Numbered from the stretch's first letter, positions 1 to 9,882 are shown. The stretch is DNA of 64,000 bases from Vulcanimicrobiota bacterium (GCA_963833095.1 CAWHWQ010000001.1:864001-928000), one strand, 5' to 3'. Numbers and translations: made by a program. Notes: generated by a model from the sequence alone, not told the origin.

Positions 1-895
1 CGATCGCTTGAACGCGCACCGTCTGACCCTCGATCGCCTTAGCCAGCGTGTCGTTACCCTTCTGGATCTGGCTGTCGTCGTACGTTTCGATCATCCCGAA
101 GTTGAACGGTGCGCCTCTGTGCTTGACCGCCTCCGCATTGTGCTCCCGAAACACCGCCGCCGCATCTTCTAGATGATCGGGATATCCGAAGACCTGATTG
201 CGCAAGCCAAAGAAGATCACGGTGGAAACCTTGCGGTCCTGCGTCAGCACGCCGTTGAACGCGTTCTCCATCTGCGGCTGCGCGTAACGCTCGTCGTTTT
301 GGAAGCGCGGAACAAGAAGCAGACCTAGACGTTTTGCAAGCGCAATCTGATCCGAGGGAATGCCCAGCGCCGTCGCGTTGAAGTAGTCGATCTGCGTGCG
401 CACTTCGAGTATCCACGGTTTGGAGGCGCGCAGCACGCGCACCGTCTTGCGTTCGAAGTGCAATGCAAGTTGTTGCTTGTACCGTGCATATTCCGCCGGA
501 TCGTCAATGATCAAGTACACGGCGTCGCGCGCGATGTGATTCGAGCGCACCAGCGACTCGAGCAACGGATCGGAAAGCGGTGAGATGCGCGCTTGATTGA
601 GCAGCGCCGCCCCGGTGGTCGCATAGGCGCGGCCGTTGTCGCCGACGTTCGCCCCCAGTTCCTCGGTCAATGCAAGTGAGGTGAGGCCGGCGCGGCGCAG
701 CGCGATCAGGAAGGCCGCCGGATTGTAGTTGTACGAGCGCGCGAGTTGGATGAAATCGGTATAGTCCATGGCAATCTCCACCCGCCGAGTCTGGGACTCG
801 GTGTGGACCCGAAAGACGGCCACGGCAAGCGACGCGAGCAGCGCTATGAGCAAGATCAGCGCGGCATAGCGCGTTTTGGTATGAGGACGAATCAC
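1..895 (-). CDS. DUF5693-family membrane protein (partial, runs off left edge)
   Basis: Manual translation from GTG at 895: MIRPHTKTRYAALILLIALLASLAVAVFRVHTESQTRRVEIAMDYTDFIQLARSYNYNPAAFLIALRRAGLTSLALTEEL. An N-terminal TM followed by 'VEIAMDY..F..LA...L..AG.TSLA..E' resembles DUF5693. Absent from the ORF track because there is no stop in the window. Confidence 0.7.
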   Translation of the reverse strand, partial: MIRPHTKTRYAALILLIALLASLAVAVFRVHTESQTRRVEIAMDYTDFIQLARSYNYNPAAFLIALRRAGLTSLALTEELGANVGDNGRAYATTGAALLNQARISPLSDPLLESLVRSNHIARDAVYLIIDDPAEYARYKQQLALHFERKTVRVLRASKPWILEVRTQIDYFNATALGIPSDQIALAKRLGLLLVPRFQNDERYAQPQMENAFNGVLTQDRKVSTVIFFGLRNQVFGYPDHLEDAAAVFREHNAEAVKHRGAPFNFGMIETYDDSQIQKGNDTLAKAIEGQTVRVQAI

Positions 896-935
896 GGGGG
901 AGGGGTGTTCGCGCTGTGGGTGCGTCTACCCCCAC

Positions 936-968
936 AAAACATAAGGGCTCGCGTAGCGAGCCCTTATG
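936..968 (-). terminator. Intrinsic terminator upstream of DUF5693 gene
   Basis: Perfect 13-bp stem CATAAGGGCTCGC/GCGAGCCCTTATG (940-952/956-968) followed by TTTT on the minus strand. Confidence 0.8.
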
Positions 969-1080
969 CCGTCGCGTATGCGGTTGCCCGCATACCGGGT
1001 GTGGGCGACGTCTTTATACGGATCGGCTCACAGCGAAATGCCCACGTCTTCTAAACGCTGCGGCGATAATAACTCCGTGA
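936..1080 (-). ncRNA. Candidate structured leader RNA / riboswitch-like attenuator or sRNA
   Basis: Extended -10 (TG-A-TAGAGT, about 1085-1093) upstream; GCAA-tetraloop hairpin GTATGCGG/CCGCATAC; 5' segment 1061-1075 complementary to 958-971, which overlaps the terminator 5' arm. Confidence 0.4.
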
Positions 1081-1141
1081 CTACACTCTATCAAACCCGG
1101 ACCGTCCGCGAAAGCAGTCGGCTCATTTTTTTACACGCTTG

Positions 1142-1921
1142 TCAGACAGGCCAGTGAGGCGCCCGCTTGCCCAGAAAGGCCGCCATGCCTTCCTGCGCAT
1201 CCTCCAACTGGGCATTTGCGACCATGACGCCCTTTGCGTAGGCGTAGGCGGAGGACTCGTCCAGTTCCGCTTGCCGGTAAAAGGCCTCCTTCCCCAGTCC
1301 TACAACCGTCCGGCTGGCGCCGGCGATCTTCGCTGCCAGCGCTCGGGAGGTGGCCCGCAACTCGCCTGGGTCGACGACCGCGTTGACCAGACCCCAGGCT
1401 AGGGCCGTAGGCGCATCGATCGGCTCGCCGGTGAGCAGCATCTGGAAGGCGCGCTTACGGCCGATATTGCGGCTAAGCGCGACCATCGGCGTGCTGCAAA
1501 AGAGACCGATCTTTACGCCCGGCGTCGCAAATCGCGCATCGGTGGAGGCAACCGCAAGATCGCAGGCGGCCACGAGCTGGCAGCCGGCGGCGGTTGCGAG
1601 CGCGGCAACCTCGGCAATCACCGGCTGAGGAATCCCGGCAATCGTGGCCATCAGGGCAACGCATTGGTCGAAGATTTCGACGTACGCCGCTTCATCGCGA
1701 TCGCGCAACTCGCGCAAGTCGTGACCCGCAGAAAATGCAGGCCCTTCGCCCGCGAGAATGATCGCGCGCACCGAACGGTCGGCGCCAAGCTCCCCCAGGG
1801 CAGCGTCGAGTTCACGCATCATGGCAAGAGACAGCGCATTGCGCCGCTCCGGCCGGCGCATCGTAACGATCGCCGCCTCACCGTCCCGCTCAATGGTGAT
1901 CTCGGTCAACGCTTCAATCAT
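1142..1921 (-). CDS. Enoyl-CoA hydratase/isomerase (crotonase, ECHDC3-like)
   Basis: RNALS, FSAGHDL, AAGCQLVAACDLA, PGVKIGLFCSTP, EGMAAFLGKR motifs. Confidence 0.92.
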   Translation of the reverse strand: MIEALTEITIERDGEAAIVTMRRPERRNALSLAMMRELDAALGELGADRSVRAIILAGEGPAFSAGHDLRELRDRDEAAYVEIFDQCVALMATIAGIPQPVIAEVAALATAAGCQLVAACDLAVASTDARFATPGVKIGLFCSTPMVALSRNIGRKRAFQMLLTGEPIDAPTALAWGLVNAVVDPGELRATSRALAAKIAGASRTVVGLGKEAFYRQAELDESSAYAYAKGVMVANAQLEDAQEGMAAFLGKRAPHWPV

Positions 1922-2051
1922 GATATTGCGCCCCTTTACACCGAATTTACGTTTTCCGATTCACTTCTCCGCCAGCGCAGTTTTAGGAGGCGAGCCCCGC
2001 CGTGTGCTTGGCACTCAAGGGGCGAGCCGACGACAAAATGCGCGGCGGAAA

Positions 2052-2124
2052 TGGGCGATGCAGGGTTCGAACCTGCGACCTTTGCCTTGTAAGGGCACTG
2101 CTCTCCCAGCTGAGCTAATCGCCC
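2052..2124 (-). tRNA. tRNA-Val(TAC)
   Basis: GGGCGATTAGCTCAGCTGGGAGAGCAGTGCCCTTACAAGGCAAAGGTCGCAGGTTCGAACCCTGCATCGCCCA; cloverleaf with anticodon TAC; CCA not encoded. Confidence 0.95.
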
Positions 2125-2227
2125 GCAACCTGCGGCACGCTTGGCGGCCCGGACGCGATCTTCTTCTACGCGAAGCACGTCTTCGGCCTCGTTTGTCCAC
2201 TTCGAGTGCGAGGGTATAGCGCCACTA

Positions 2228-2632
2228 ATGACACCGAATTTTCGAGCGACGTTTAGCGGCGAACGCAGGAACGTCCCACTCGCTCGGAACGCTATCGCGG
2301 GCTTTGCCCGGATCTGCGGCTTCTCGAGCGAAGAGATCGCCGACATCCGGATTGCTTCGGGCGAGGCGCTTAGCAACGCCGTCGAGCATGGGTTCAGCCA
2401 CCGCTCGAGCGGCTTTTCGGTGCGCTGTTCGTTCGACGATGACGAGAAGCTCACGATCGAGGTTCGCGACAACGGCGACGGGTTTCTTCCGCCGAGCGTG
2501 CTTGTCCCCGCGGCGACGGAAGAACCGGACGATCGCGGCTTCGGCATTCTGCTGATGCGCCGCCTGATGGACGGCGTGCAGTTTGACCGCAACGGAACGT
2601 GCGTGCGCTTAACGCGCCATAAAGCAGGCTGA
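2228..2632 (+). CDS. Anti-sigma factor / RsbW-like ATP-binding protein (HATPase_c_2)
   Basis: GEALSNAVEHG, IEVRDNGDGF, DRGFGILLMRRLMD; ATG 2228 with GAGGG RBS. Confidence 0.88.
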   Translation: MTPNFRATFSGERRNVPLARNAIAGFARICGFSSEEIADIRIASGEALSNAVEHGFSHRSSGFSVRCSFDDDEKLTIEVRDNGDGFLPPSVLVPAATEEPDDRGFGILLMRRLMDGVQFDRNGTCVRLTRHKAG

Positions 2633-2642
2633 CGTACCTCGC

Positions 2643-3986
2643 TTAGGGTGTGCGTACCGCGGCGATCTTTTTCTGCAAGAAATCGAGCGCCGCGCGCAGT
2701 TGCGGATCTTTGAGGGGATCGCCGAAGCGGGCGTCGTGCGGTTCGGCCACCGCAAGATCCGGCGCGATACCCTTGAGATTGATATCGTGGTGATTCGGCG
2801 TGAGATAGTGGGCAGTCGTGATCTTGATTGCAGCGCCGTCGGCAAGCGGTGTGAGCGTCTGCATCACGCCTTTCCCGAACGTGCGCGTTCCAATGAGCGA
2901 CGCGATGCCGTCATCTTGAAGTGCGCCTGCGGTAATCTCGGAAGCCGAAGCCGTATATTCGTTGACGAGCACGGTCACCGGAATATCGACTTGCACGCCG
3001 TCGTCGTCGGCGGTGACGGTCGTGTCCGGGCTGCCCCGCTCTTCGACCGTTAGCAACGGCTTGTGCGCGATGAAGCGCTCGCTAATCTGCAACGCCGACT
3101 CTACGTAGCCGCCACCGTCGTTGCGAAGATCCAGAACGAGAGCCTTGGCGCCGGCGGCTTTGACCCGCGCGATCGCTGCATCAAATTCATCCGGCGTGCT
3201 CTGTCCGAACGCGAGAACGTAGACGTAACCAATCGAGCCCGGAAGCATCTTATAGACGACCGTCGGCGGCGTGAGATCGCTACGTGTAATGGCGACATCG
3301 AGCGGCGCGCTCGATCGCACGATTCCCAAGCGCACCGAAGTGCCCGGCTTGCCGCGCAACACCTTGCTCGCAGCTTCCGTCGTAAAGCCCTTCGTCGACT
3401 GCCCGTCGATGGTGGCGATCGCGTCGCCGGGTTGGAGTCCGGCCCGGTCGGCCGGCGTACCCGGAACCACGTACGAGACGTCGATCAAGCCGGTGGTTTC
3501 GTCGGGCGCGATCAACACGCCGATGCCGGAAATTTTCTCTGGGTCGAGCGCGTCCTTGAACGCCTTGTATTCATCCGGCGTCATAAACTGCGTATACCGA
3601 TCGTCAACGGCCTTTGCCATGGCACCGATGGCCGCGTACGCGAACTCTGTCGTCGAACCGTGCGTCGCCGCGGACGCATCTGCAATCGCGCTGTCGAGCG
3701 CTGCGACGGTTCCCGAGGCATCCACACTGACGCGAATCGGCGCGAGCTCGATTTTCGATCCGTGTTTACGCGCGAGATCCACGAGCGCGTCGTGCGCCTT
3801 GTCGACCAGCGTCTGCGGATCGACCGGGCGAAAGTACGAGGTCGAAAGCAGGTGGTAGCTCTCGCTCACGTCTTGCGCGGTCGTCGCGGGGAGAGGCGCA
3901 GAAGCCGACGCCGGCAAGACGGCAGCAAAACACAGGGCAAAGGCGCTGACTGCGGCGCGCACGCGAGAGGTAAAAGGCACGTTCAA
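2643..3986 (-). CDS. ctpA: S41 family carboxyl-terminal processing protease (PDZ)
   Basis: DRYT, PDZ domain, LDLRNDGGG, TASASEI (catalytic Ser), FGKG..Q; signal peptide. Confidence 0.92.
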   Translation of the reverse strand: MNVPFTSRVRAAVSAFALCFAAVLPASASAPLPATTAQDVSESYHLLSTSYFRPVDPQTLVDKAHDALVDLARKHGSKIELAPIRVSVDASGTVAALDSAIADASAATHGSTTEFAYAAIGAMAKAVDDRYTQFMTPDEYKAFKDALDPEKISGIGVLIAPDETTGLIDVSYVVPGTPADRAGLQPGDAIATIDGQSTKGFTTEAASKVLRGKPGTSVRLGIVRSSAPLDVAITRSDLTPPTVVYKMLPGSIGYVYVLAFGQSTPDEFDAAIARVKAAGAKALVLDLRNDGGGYVESALQISERFIAHKPLLTVEERGSPDTTVTADDDGVQVDIPVTVLVNEYTASASEITAGALQDDGIASLIGTRTFGKGVMQTLTPLADGAAIKITTAHYLTPNHHDINLKGIAPDLAVAEPHDARFGDPLKDPQLRAALDFLQKKIAAVRTP

Positions 3987-4157
3987 TACCGGATCCTTAA
4001 TTTTGGAGGTAGTCGCTTCTGTGGATACTATGGCGTAGTGGAATTGATCTTATCTGAGAACGGCCGCCTCTGCTTCAACCTTGTTCCATATTTGAAAGTC
4101 TTTTAACTTTGTACCGCAAAGTATCCTTTGGCGTTGATCCGGGTTAGGGAGCTTGGA

Positions 4158-6236
4158 ATGAGCATCACCGAACTCGAGATCCGTGGGATGACCTGCGCAT
4201 CCTGCGCGGCCCAGGTCAGCCGGGCCCTGCGCGGGGTACCCGGCGTCGAGGATGCTGCCGTCAACTTCGCGACCGAGCGAGCGACCGTGCAGCACGAAGC
4301 CTCGGTTGACCCCCGCGTCATGATTACGGCGGTGGAGCTGGCCGGCTACGCGGCCAGCACCGAGCTCGACCCGGATCAGCAGGCTGCCGACCGGCAGACC
4401 GCCATGGCGCAGCGCGCCCGGCTGCTGGCGATGGCGGTAGCGCTCTGCGTCCCGACCGTGGCCCTCGCGATGTTCGCGCCGGACTTTCCCTTCAAGGCGT
4501 GGGTCTTGGCGGCGCTAGCGTTTCCCGTCTGGGCGGTCGTTGGTTGGGACTTCCATCGCAGCGCCTTTGACGCGCTGCGCGCGGGCAACGTCACCATGGA
4601 CACGCTGATCTCGCTGGGATCAAGCGCGGCCTACACCTTGAGTATCTACGGCGCGCTCACCGGAGGCGCGACCTACTTCGAAACGGCGAGCGCGATCGTC
4701 ACGCTGATCTACGCGGGCAAATATCTCGAGGCGCGGGCGAGCGTACGCAGCTCCGCGGCGATGCGCGCGCTGCTCGAATTACGGCCCGCGCTTGCGCACC
4801 GTCGCAAAGCCGACGGTAGCATCGAAGAAGTGCCGGTCGAACTCGTGCGTGTCGACGATCGCCTCACCGTCGCGGCCGGCGAGCGCATTCCGGTCGACGG
4901 CGTTATCCTCGAGGGAACGAGCACGATCGATCGCGCGATGCTCACCGGCGAATCCATGCCGCTCGACGCGCAACCCGGGTCGGCGCTCGAGCAAGGCACG
5001 CTCAACGGCGACGGTGCGCTATTGATGCGCGCGACCGCAGTCGGCGCCGGAACGCAACTTGCCCGCATCGTCGAGATCGTGCGACGGGCTCAGGGCTCGA
5101 CCCCGCCGGTGCAGCGACTCGCCGATCGCATCTCGGCGATTTTTGTACCCGCGATCATTACGATCGCGTTATTCACCTTTGCGGGCTGGTTTTTCATCGC
5201 GCATCGCAGCGTGAGCGACGCAATCGTCATCGCAGTTGCCGTGCTGGTCGTCGCCTGCCCGTGCGCACTGGGTCTGGCAACGCCGACCGCAATCATCGCC
5301 GGCGTCGGCGTCGCCGCAAAGGCAGGCGTGCTCTTCAAGGATGCCGATGCACTCGAACGCGCGGCCTCGGTTACGATCGTCCTCTTCGATAAGACCGGTA
5401 CGCTCACGCGCGGGGAACCTTCCGTCGTCGGAGTGAGTTCTGACGAAACGCTTGCGCTCGCGGCATCGCTCGAATCGGCCTCGACGCATCCGCTCGCAAA
5501 GGCGATCGTCGATGCGGCCCGCGCGCGTTCTTTGTCCGTCGACACGCCGCGCAACGTGCAGGTCGTGCGCGGGAGCGGCATCAGCGGTAGCGTCGGCGAG
5601 CATCGTGTCGCGATTAACGGCGCGCAAGGCGGTGACGCGACGCGCGTGCTCGTCACCAGCGACGGCCACGCAGTCGGGACGATCGATCTGCAGGACGCGC
5701 TTCGTCCCGAGTCGGTGCAAGCCGTGCGCGACTTGCGCGCACTGGGCGTCGAGATCGCGCTCGTCAGCGGTGACACCGACGGCCCGGTGCGGGCGGCGGC
5801 GGCGGGCGCTGGAATCGAGCGTCATTACGCGCGCACGTCGCCCGAGCGTAAGGCCGAGATCGTACGCGAACTGCAGTCGCAAGGTCAGCGCGTCGCGTTC
5901 GCGGGCGACGGCATCAATGACGCACCTGCGCTGGCGGTCGCCGAGATCGGATTCGCGATGGGCGGCGGCTCCGCCGTCGCGCTGGAAACCGCGGGCGCGG
6001 CGTTGCTGCGCAACGACCCGCGCGCGGTGGCGTCCGCAATAGCGGTCGCACGCGCGACGATGCGCACCGTCGCACAGAATCTTTTCTGGGCCTTCGGCTA
6101 CAACGTCGTGCTGGTGCCGCTTGCGGCCTTCGGCATCGTGCAGCCTGTCCTTGCGGCCGGCGCGATGGGCCTCTCGAGCCTCTTCGTCGTCGGAAACTCG
6201 CTGCGCCTAACGCGACGCTCGACGATCCGCGAGTGA
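4158..6236 (+). CDS. copA: Heavy-metal (Cu+) translocating P1B-type ATPase
   Basis: HMA GMTCASC, TGES, CPC, DKTGT, HP, GDGINDAP, YN...P and M.LSS Cu(I)-type signatures. Confidence 0.92.
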   Translation: MSITELEIRGMTCASCAAQVSRALRGVPGVEDAAVNFATERATVQHEASVDPRVMITAVELAGYAASTELDPDQQAADRQTAMAQRARLLAMAVALCVPTVALAMFAPDFPFKAWVLAALAFPVWAVVGWDFHRSAFDALRAGNVTMDTLISLGSSAAYTLSIYGALTGGATYFETASAIVTLIYAGKYLEARASVRSSAAMRALLELRPALAHRRKADGSIEEVPVELVRVDDRLTVAAGERIPVDGVILEGTSTIDRAMLTGESMPLDAQPGSALEQGTLNGDGALLMRATAVGAGTQLARIVEIVRRAQGSTPPVQRLADRISAIFVPAIITIALFTFAGWFFIAHRSVSDAIVIAVAVLVVACPCALGLATPTAIIAGVGVAAKAGVLFKDADALERAASVTIVLFDKTGTLTRGEPSVVGVSSDETLALAASLESASTHPLAKAIVDAARARSLSVDTPRNVQVVRGSGISGSVGEHRVAINGAQGGDATRVLVTSDGHAVGTIDLQDALRPESVQAVRDLRALGVEIALVSGDTDGPVRAAAAGAGIERHYARTSPERKAEIVRELQSQGQRVAFAGDGINDAPALAVAEIGFAMGGGSAVALETAGAALLRNDPRAVASAIAVARATMRTVAQNLFWAFGYNVVLVPLAAFGIVQPVLAAGAMGLSSLFVVGNSLRLTRRSTIRE

Positions 6237-7088
6237 AAGTGCCACGAGGCCGCTAACAATCAGCACCATGCCGATCGCGGAGAGGCGTGTCGGTGCTTCA
6301 CCGAGTTGCAGCCATGCCGCCAGCGTCCCCACGACCGGATTGGCAAGCGTACCCATTCCCGCATCGCGTGCCGGTAAGACGTCGAGCACGTAAATCCAAA
6401 GCACGTAGGCAAGCGCCGTTGCAAGGATGATGTTATAGGTAATTGCAAGCACGTACGGTGTGTTCCACGTCGTCGCGTGTCCGGGCGCCAGAACTGCGAC
6501 GATTGCGAGCACCAGCCCACCGAAGAGCATCTGCCACATCGTCATTCCGAACAGATCGACGTTCGCGCGCTGCTGCAAGCGCTTGGTCAAAATAATTCCG
6601 ATCGCCCAGGCGAAACCGCCGATCACGGCAAGCCCTTCGGCAAGTCCAACCGAGCGCAGCGGCCCAATCATGCATGCGATTCCGGCGACCGCAACCGCAA
6701 TCGCAACGCCCTGCCGCGGGCCGAAGCGCTCGCCGAGGAACGGCCAGGCGAGAAGCGCTACCCAAAGCGGCATCGTATACGCCAGCATCGCTACTTGCCC
6801 GGCGCCCGCGCTCACCACGGCCCACGTCACCAAGCCGACGAAACACGCGGTCTGAAAGAACCCGATCAAAAAAAACGCTGCGGGAAATTGCGGCCGCAGC
6901 GGCTTGCGCAGCACCAGCGCGGTAGCAACCAGGGCAATCCCTCCGCCCAACGTCCGCCACGCCGCAAACGTAAACGGCGAGGCGTCGTGTACGGCGATTT
7001 TCATCACGACCCAGTTGTAGCCCCAAATCAGCGAAAGTACGGCAAGCGCGAGGAGGGCGGAGGCACGGCGGTCACGCACGGCCGGCAC
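6207..7088 (-). CDS. DMT/EamA family transporter
   Basis: About 10 TM helices, IWG.N...K start, two EamA halves (LGER, LGE.P). Confidence 0.88.
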   Translation of the reverse strand: MPAVRDRRASALLALAVLSLIWGYNWVVMKIAVHDASPFTFAAWRTLGGGIALVATALVLRKPLRPQFPAAFFLIGFFQTACFVGLVTWAVVSAGAGQVAMLAYTMPLWVALLAWPFLGERFGPRQGVAIAVAVAGIACMIGPLRSVGLAEGLAVIGGFAWAIGIILTKRLQQRANVDLFGMTMWQMLFGGLVLAIVAVLAPGHATTWNTPYVLAITYNIILATALAYVLWIYVLDVLPARDAGMGTLANPVVGTLAAWLQLGEAPTRLSAIGMVLIVSGLVALSLADRRASR

Positions 7089-8028
7089 GCTGCAACCGAT
7101 CCATGATCGCGATGCCTACGCCTTGCGGCGGAACGCGTTCCGCGTCGATCCGCGCTGCGCCCAGGCAATCGAGTTCGTGAAGATAATCGAACAGATGCGC
7201 GGCGGCTTCGCGTAGATCGCCTCGTTCGCTTAAGACGCGCACGGCGCGATAGCCGGGCACGGGTGCGCGAAAAGCGAGCAACACCGCGTCGGCGCGCTCG
7301 CGCTCCGGCACGTTTTCTGGCACGTCAACGACGCGTACCGGCGTGTGCGGTGCGTAATGCTGCGGCAAGCGCCCCGGCGCGAGCGGCTTATGTTCGTCGG
7401 AAAGCTCGCGTTCGAGCGGGCCAATCATCGCTTCGATCGCGTCGACCGGAATTGCCCCGTGCCGAAGCAGCGTCGGCCGCGGTTCGATCATAACGATCGT
7501 CGACTCGACGCCGTGCTCGGTTGGACCGCCGTCGACGATCAGATCGACACGTTCCCCAAGCATGCGTACCACGTGTTCCGCGCGCGTGGGACTCAAATAT
7601 CCAAACGGATTCGCGCTGGGTGCAGCAAGCGGCAGCGCCGCGCGTTCGATCAGCGCGCGCGCGACCGGGTGCGCCGGCATTCGTACCGCCACGGTGCCCA
7701 GACCCGCGGTGACCAGTTCGGGAATTTGCGAACGCTTGCTCAGCACGATCGTAAGCGGTCCAGGCCAAAAGTGCTCCATCAGCACGCGCGCCTTCTGGGG
7801 AACGTCCTGCGCGACGAGTTCGAGCATATCGTTATCCGAAATGTGAACGATGAGCGGATCGAATGAAGGGCGCGCCTTGATCTCAAAGATGCGCGCGACC
7901 GCGCGCGCGTCTAGTGCGTTTGCGCCAAGGCCATACACGGTCTCGGTCGGAAAGGCAACAACCGCACCGCCGCGTAAAAGCGCGGCGGCACGATCGAGTT
8001 GTTCCGAAGTCGCCGGAACGATCGGCAC
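7072..8028 (-). CDS. sua5: L-threonylcarbamoyladenylate synthase (Sua5 type)
   Basis: PTETVYGL, K.RP..PLIVH, AAPSAN, ESTI, PG.L..HYAP, C-terminal SUA5 domain. Confidence 0.95.
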   Translation of the reverse strand: MPIVPATSEQLDRAAALLRGGAVVAFPTETVYGLGANALDARAVARIFEIKARPSFDPLIVHISDNDMLELVAQDVPQKARVLMEHFWPGPLTIVLSKRSQIPELVTAGLGTVAVRMPAHPVARALIERAALPLAAPSANPFGYLSPTRAEHVVRMLGERVDLIVDGGPTEHGVESTIVMIEPRPTLLRHGAIPVDAIEAMIGPLERELSDEHKPLAPGRLPQHYAPHTPVRVVDVPENVPERERADAVLLAFRAPVPGYRAVRVLSERGDLREAAAHLFDYLHELDCLGAARIDAERVPPQGVGIAIMDRLQRAGRA

Positions 8029-8033
8029 GGAGG

Positions 8034-8594
8034 TTAGTGCGACTGACGCCGCGAGACCGACAAGAGCTCGACCTGGATGTACGATCCCGCCGGCACGTCG
8101 ACGTTCTGGCGATTGTTCTTGGCGAGCAAGAACCCGCCGGCCGCGCCGATCGCTCCGCCCGCGCTGCCGCCGAAAAGTACTTTGCCGATAGCGTTTCCAA
8201 CGAGCATGCCGGCGAGCGCACCGCCAGCTTCCTTGCCAGCGTTGCTCTTCGTCTGCACGTTGACATTCGTAACGCGGCTATCGATCGAGTAACGCGCGCC
8301 GTTGCCATTCACAAGCTCGGTGAAACGAAAGCGGATTTTGCCCGGCGTCCCTTGGCCGGCCTTTTGCACGGCATACACATAGCCGTACATCGTGGCGTTG
8401 CGGACCGAGCCGCTGCCGTCGTCACTCCTTACGTTCGAAACCGTAACGGACTGTCCGGCGTAGGCGTGATTGCTCGAGTAATCGCCATTGATCGTTCCAT
8501 CGAGCAAAGTTCCTTGCGTCAAAGCGGCGCTAGCTGCAAGTGTCGTTGAAAACACAAGTGCGATCAGCGCGGTGATCGTGGTGCGAAGTCGCAT
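8034..8594 (-). CDS. Secreted hypothetical protein with glycine-zipper segment
   Basis: Signal peptide; beta-rich core; GGALAGMLVGNAIG...GAAGG zipper; GGAGG RBS. Confidence 0.7.
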   Translation of the reverse strand: MRLRTTITALIALVFSTTLAASAALTQGTLLDGTINGDYSSNHAYAGQSVTVSNVRSDDGSGSVRNATMYGYVYAVQKAGQGTPGKIRFRFTELVNGNGARYSIDSRVTNVNVQTKSNAGKEAGGALAGMLVGNAIGKVLFGGSAGGAIGAAGGFLLAKNNRQNVDVPAGSYIQVELLSVSRRQSH

Positions 8595-8714
8595 GCGACA
8601 TCCTCCCTAGGGAATGGGCAAAAAGAGTTCGTTCTATATGCGAACCCTTTACCCAGAATTTGGAAGGATGCCTGTCTTACGAAAAGTATGCGAAGCGTAC
8701 TTTATCGTAAGGCA

Positions 8715-8990
8715 CTACTGGATCGTAAAGACCGGGACTTTTCCCTTGACCAGCGAGATCTTGAGCGTGTCGTTGGCCTTGACTTTGCTGAAGTCGATGC
8801 CTTGCGCGACCAGCGTCGTCTCGATGCCGTTCTGCATCATCACAAGCAGATGCTGGGCATCTTGGACTTTTTCGACCTTGACGACGTAAGTGCCGTCGGG
8901 GACCAGCGCGGCGTCAACCAACGCAGCCGAAGCGACGGACGGGGCGAGCATGGCAAATGCAAAAAGCACCGGGATCAAAATAGAGCGCAC
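8715..8990 (-). CDS. Small secreted hypothetical protein
   Basis: GTG start after GGAGG RBS; signal peptide ending ASA; beta-rich (OB-like) mature part. Confidence 0.65.
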   Translation of the reverse strand: MRSILIPVLFAFAMLAPSVASAALVDAALVPDGTYVVKVEKVQDAQHLLVMMQNGIETTLVAQGIDFSKVKANDTLKISLVKGKVPVFTIQ

Positions 8991-9120
8991 GAGTTTCCTC
9001 CGAGAGTTGCTAACGCCCGCTAGCATGGCTACACCCTAAAGAACAGGATACGACAGAAGCTGCACCTGCGCACGGGTTGCCCTCCATTCTTTACAGTGGG
9101 CCCGGCGCTTTCCACGGGCT

Positions 9121-9882
9121 TTACGGTGTGGCGATCGAGACGTTGCCCTGTTCGGCCAGCATGAAGACCAGCGGCGCCTTAGCCACACCATGCAAGGGGT
9201 TGGTTACCCGCCCCGACCCCGACGCGAGGTCGTAGTGAGCTCGAAAGTTCGAGGGGACCGCCAAATGCAGGTTGCCGTTGGAGGCCTCGAGGCGGACCAG
9301 CGTGCCACGCCAGTTTGGCGCCAGCGTCGCGTTCACGTTGCCGTTGCCGACTGTGAGGGTTAGCGAGTCGCGCGCATTGGTCACTGCAATGTCGCCGCTG
9401 TCGGCGTCGGCGGTCAGGGGCGAGGCCGCATCGTCTACGACGATGTTTCCGTTCGCATCGTAAATCTGCATCGATGCCGTAACGCTATCGACGTGTACCC
9501 GTCCGGCGAACTCACGTAAGTCGAGATGCATGCTTGCCGGGTAGGAAAGCTGCAATTCGTAGCCGCTCGCCCCGACGAACGGCAGCATCGACTCACTCGG
9601 GCCCGAAATCGCGACGTTCATCCGAGCGCCCGTTCGCGAACTGCTCACCTTCATCGGCGGCGTGGACGGACCGCTGTCGATCACGTGCAATTTCACACTC
9701 CGCAGACCGGCAACCGGCATGACGTGAATGGAACCGCTGACGTTGAGACGTAGCGTCGTGGTCGTGCCGACCGGAATTTCTCGATCGGTAACTTGCGCGG
9801 AGGCGTGCGGAGCTATCGCAAGAGCGACGCCGGCAACAAACGCGCCTGCGAGCAATCTCTTCATTGGGATCACGGGGATCAT
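9121..9882 (-). CDS. DUF4097-like beta-strand-repeat secreted protein
   Basis: Signal peptide; repeated 'NG.I.V / SGDIAV / NGNV / NGNL' strands; ATGA overlap with the upstream stop. Confidence 0.7.
   Translation of the reverse strand: MIPVIPMKRLLAGAFVAGVALAIAPHASAQVTDREIPVGTTTTLRLNVSGSIHVMPVAGLRSVKLHVIDSGPSTPPMKVSSSRTGARMNVAISGPSESMLPFVGASGYELQLSYPASMHLDLREFAGRVHVDSVTASMQIYDANGNIVVDDAASPLTADADSGDIAVTNARDSLTLTVGNGNVNATLAPNWRGTLVRLEASNGNLHLAVPSNFRAHYDLASGSGRVTNPLHGVAKAPLVFMLAEQGNVSIATP

Noticed and set aside
1096..1125. SRP RNA-like 'CCGGACCGTCCGCGAAAGCAG' on the plus strand
   Set aside because: It lacks the conserved CAGG-stem-GRAA-stem-AGCAG domain IV geometry and the long flanking helix
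3063..4106. 347-aa plus-strand ORF and similar long antisense ORFs (e.g. 13326..14291, 26187..27104, 42425..43459)
   Set aside because: Shadow ORFs of GC-rich genes with Arg-rich non-protein-like composition
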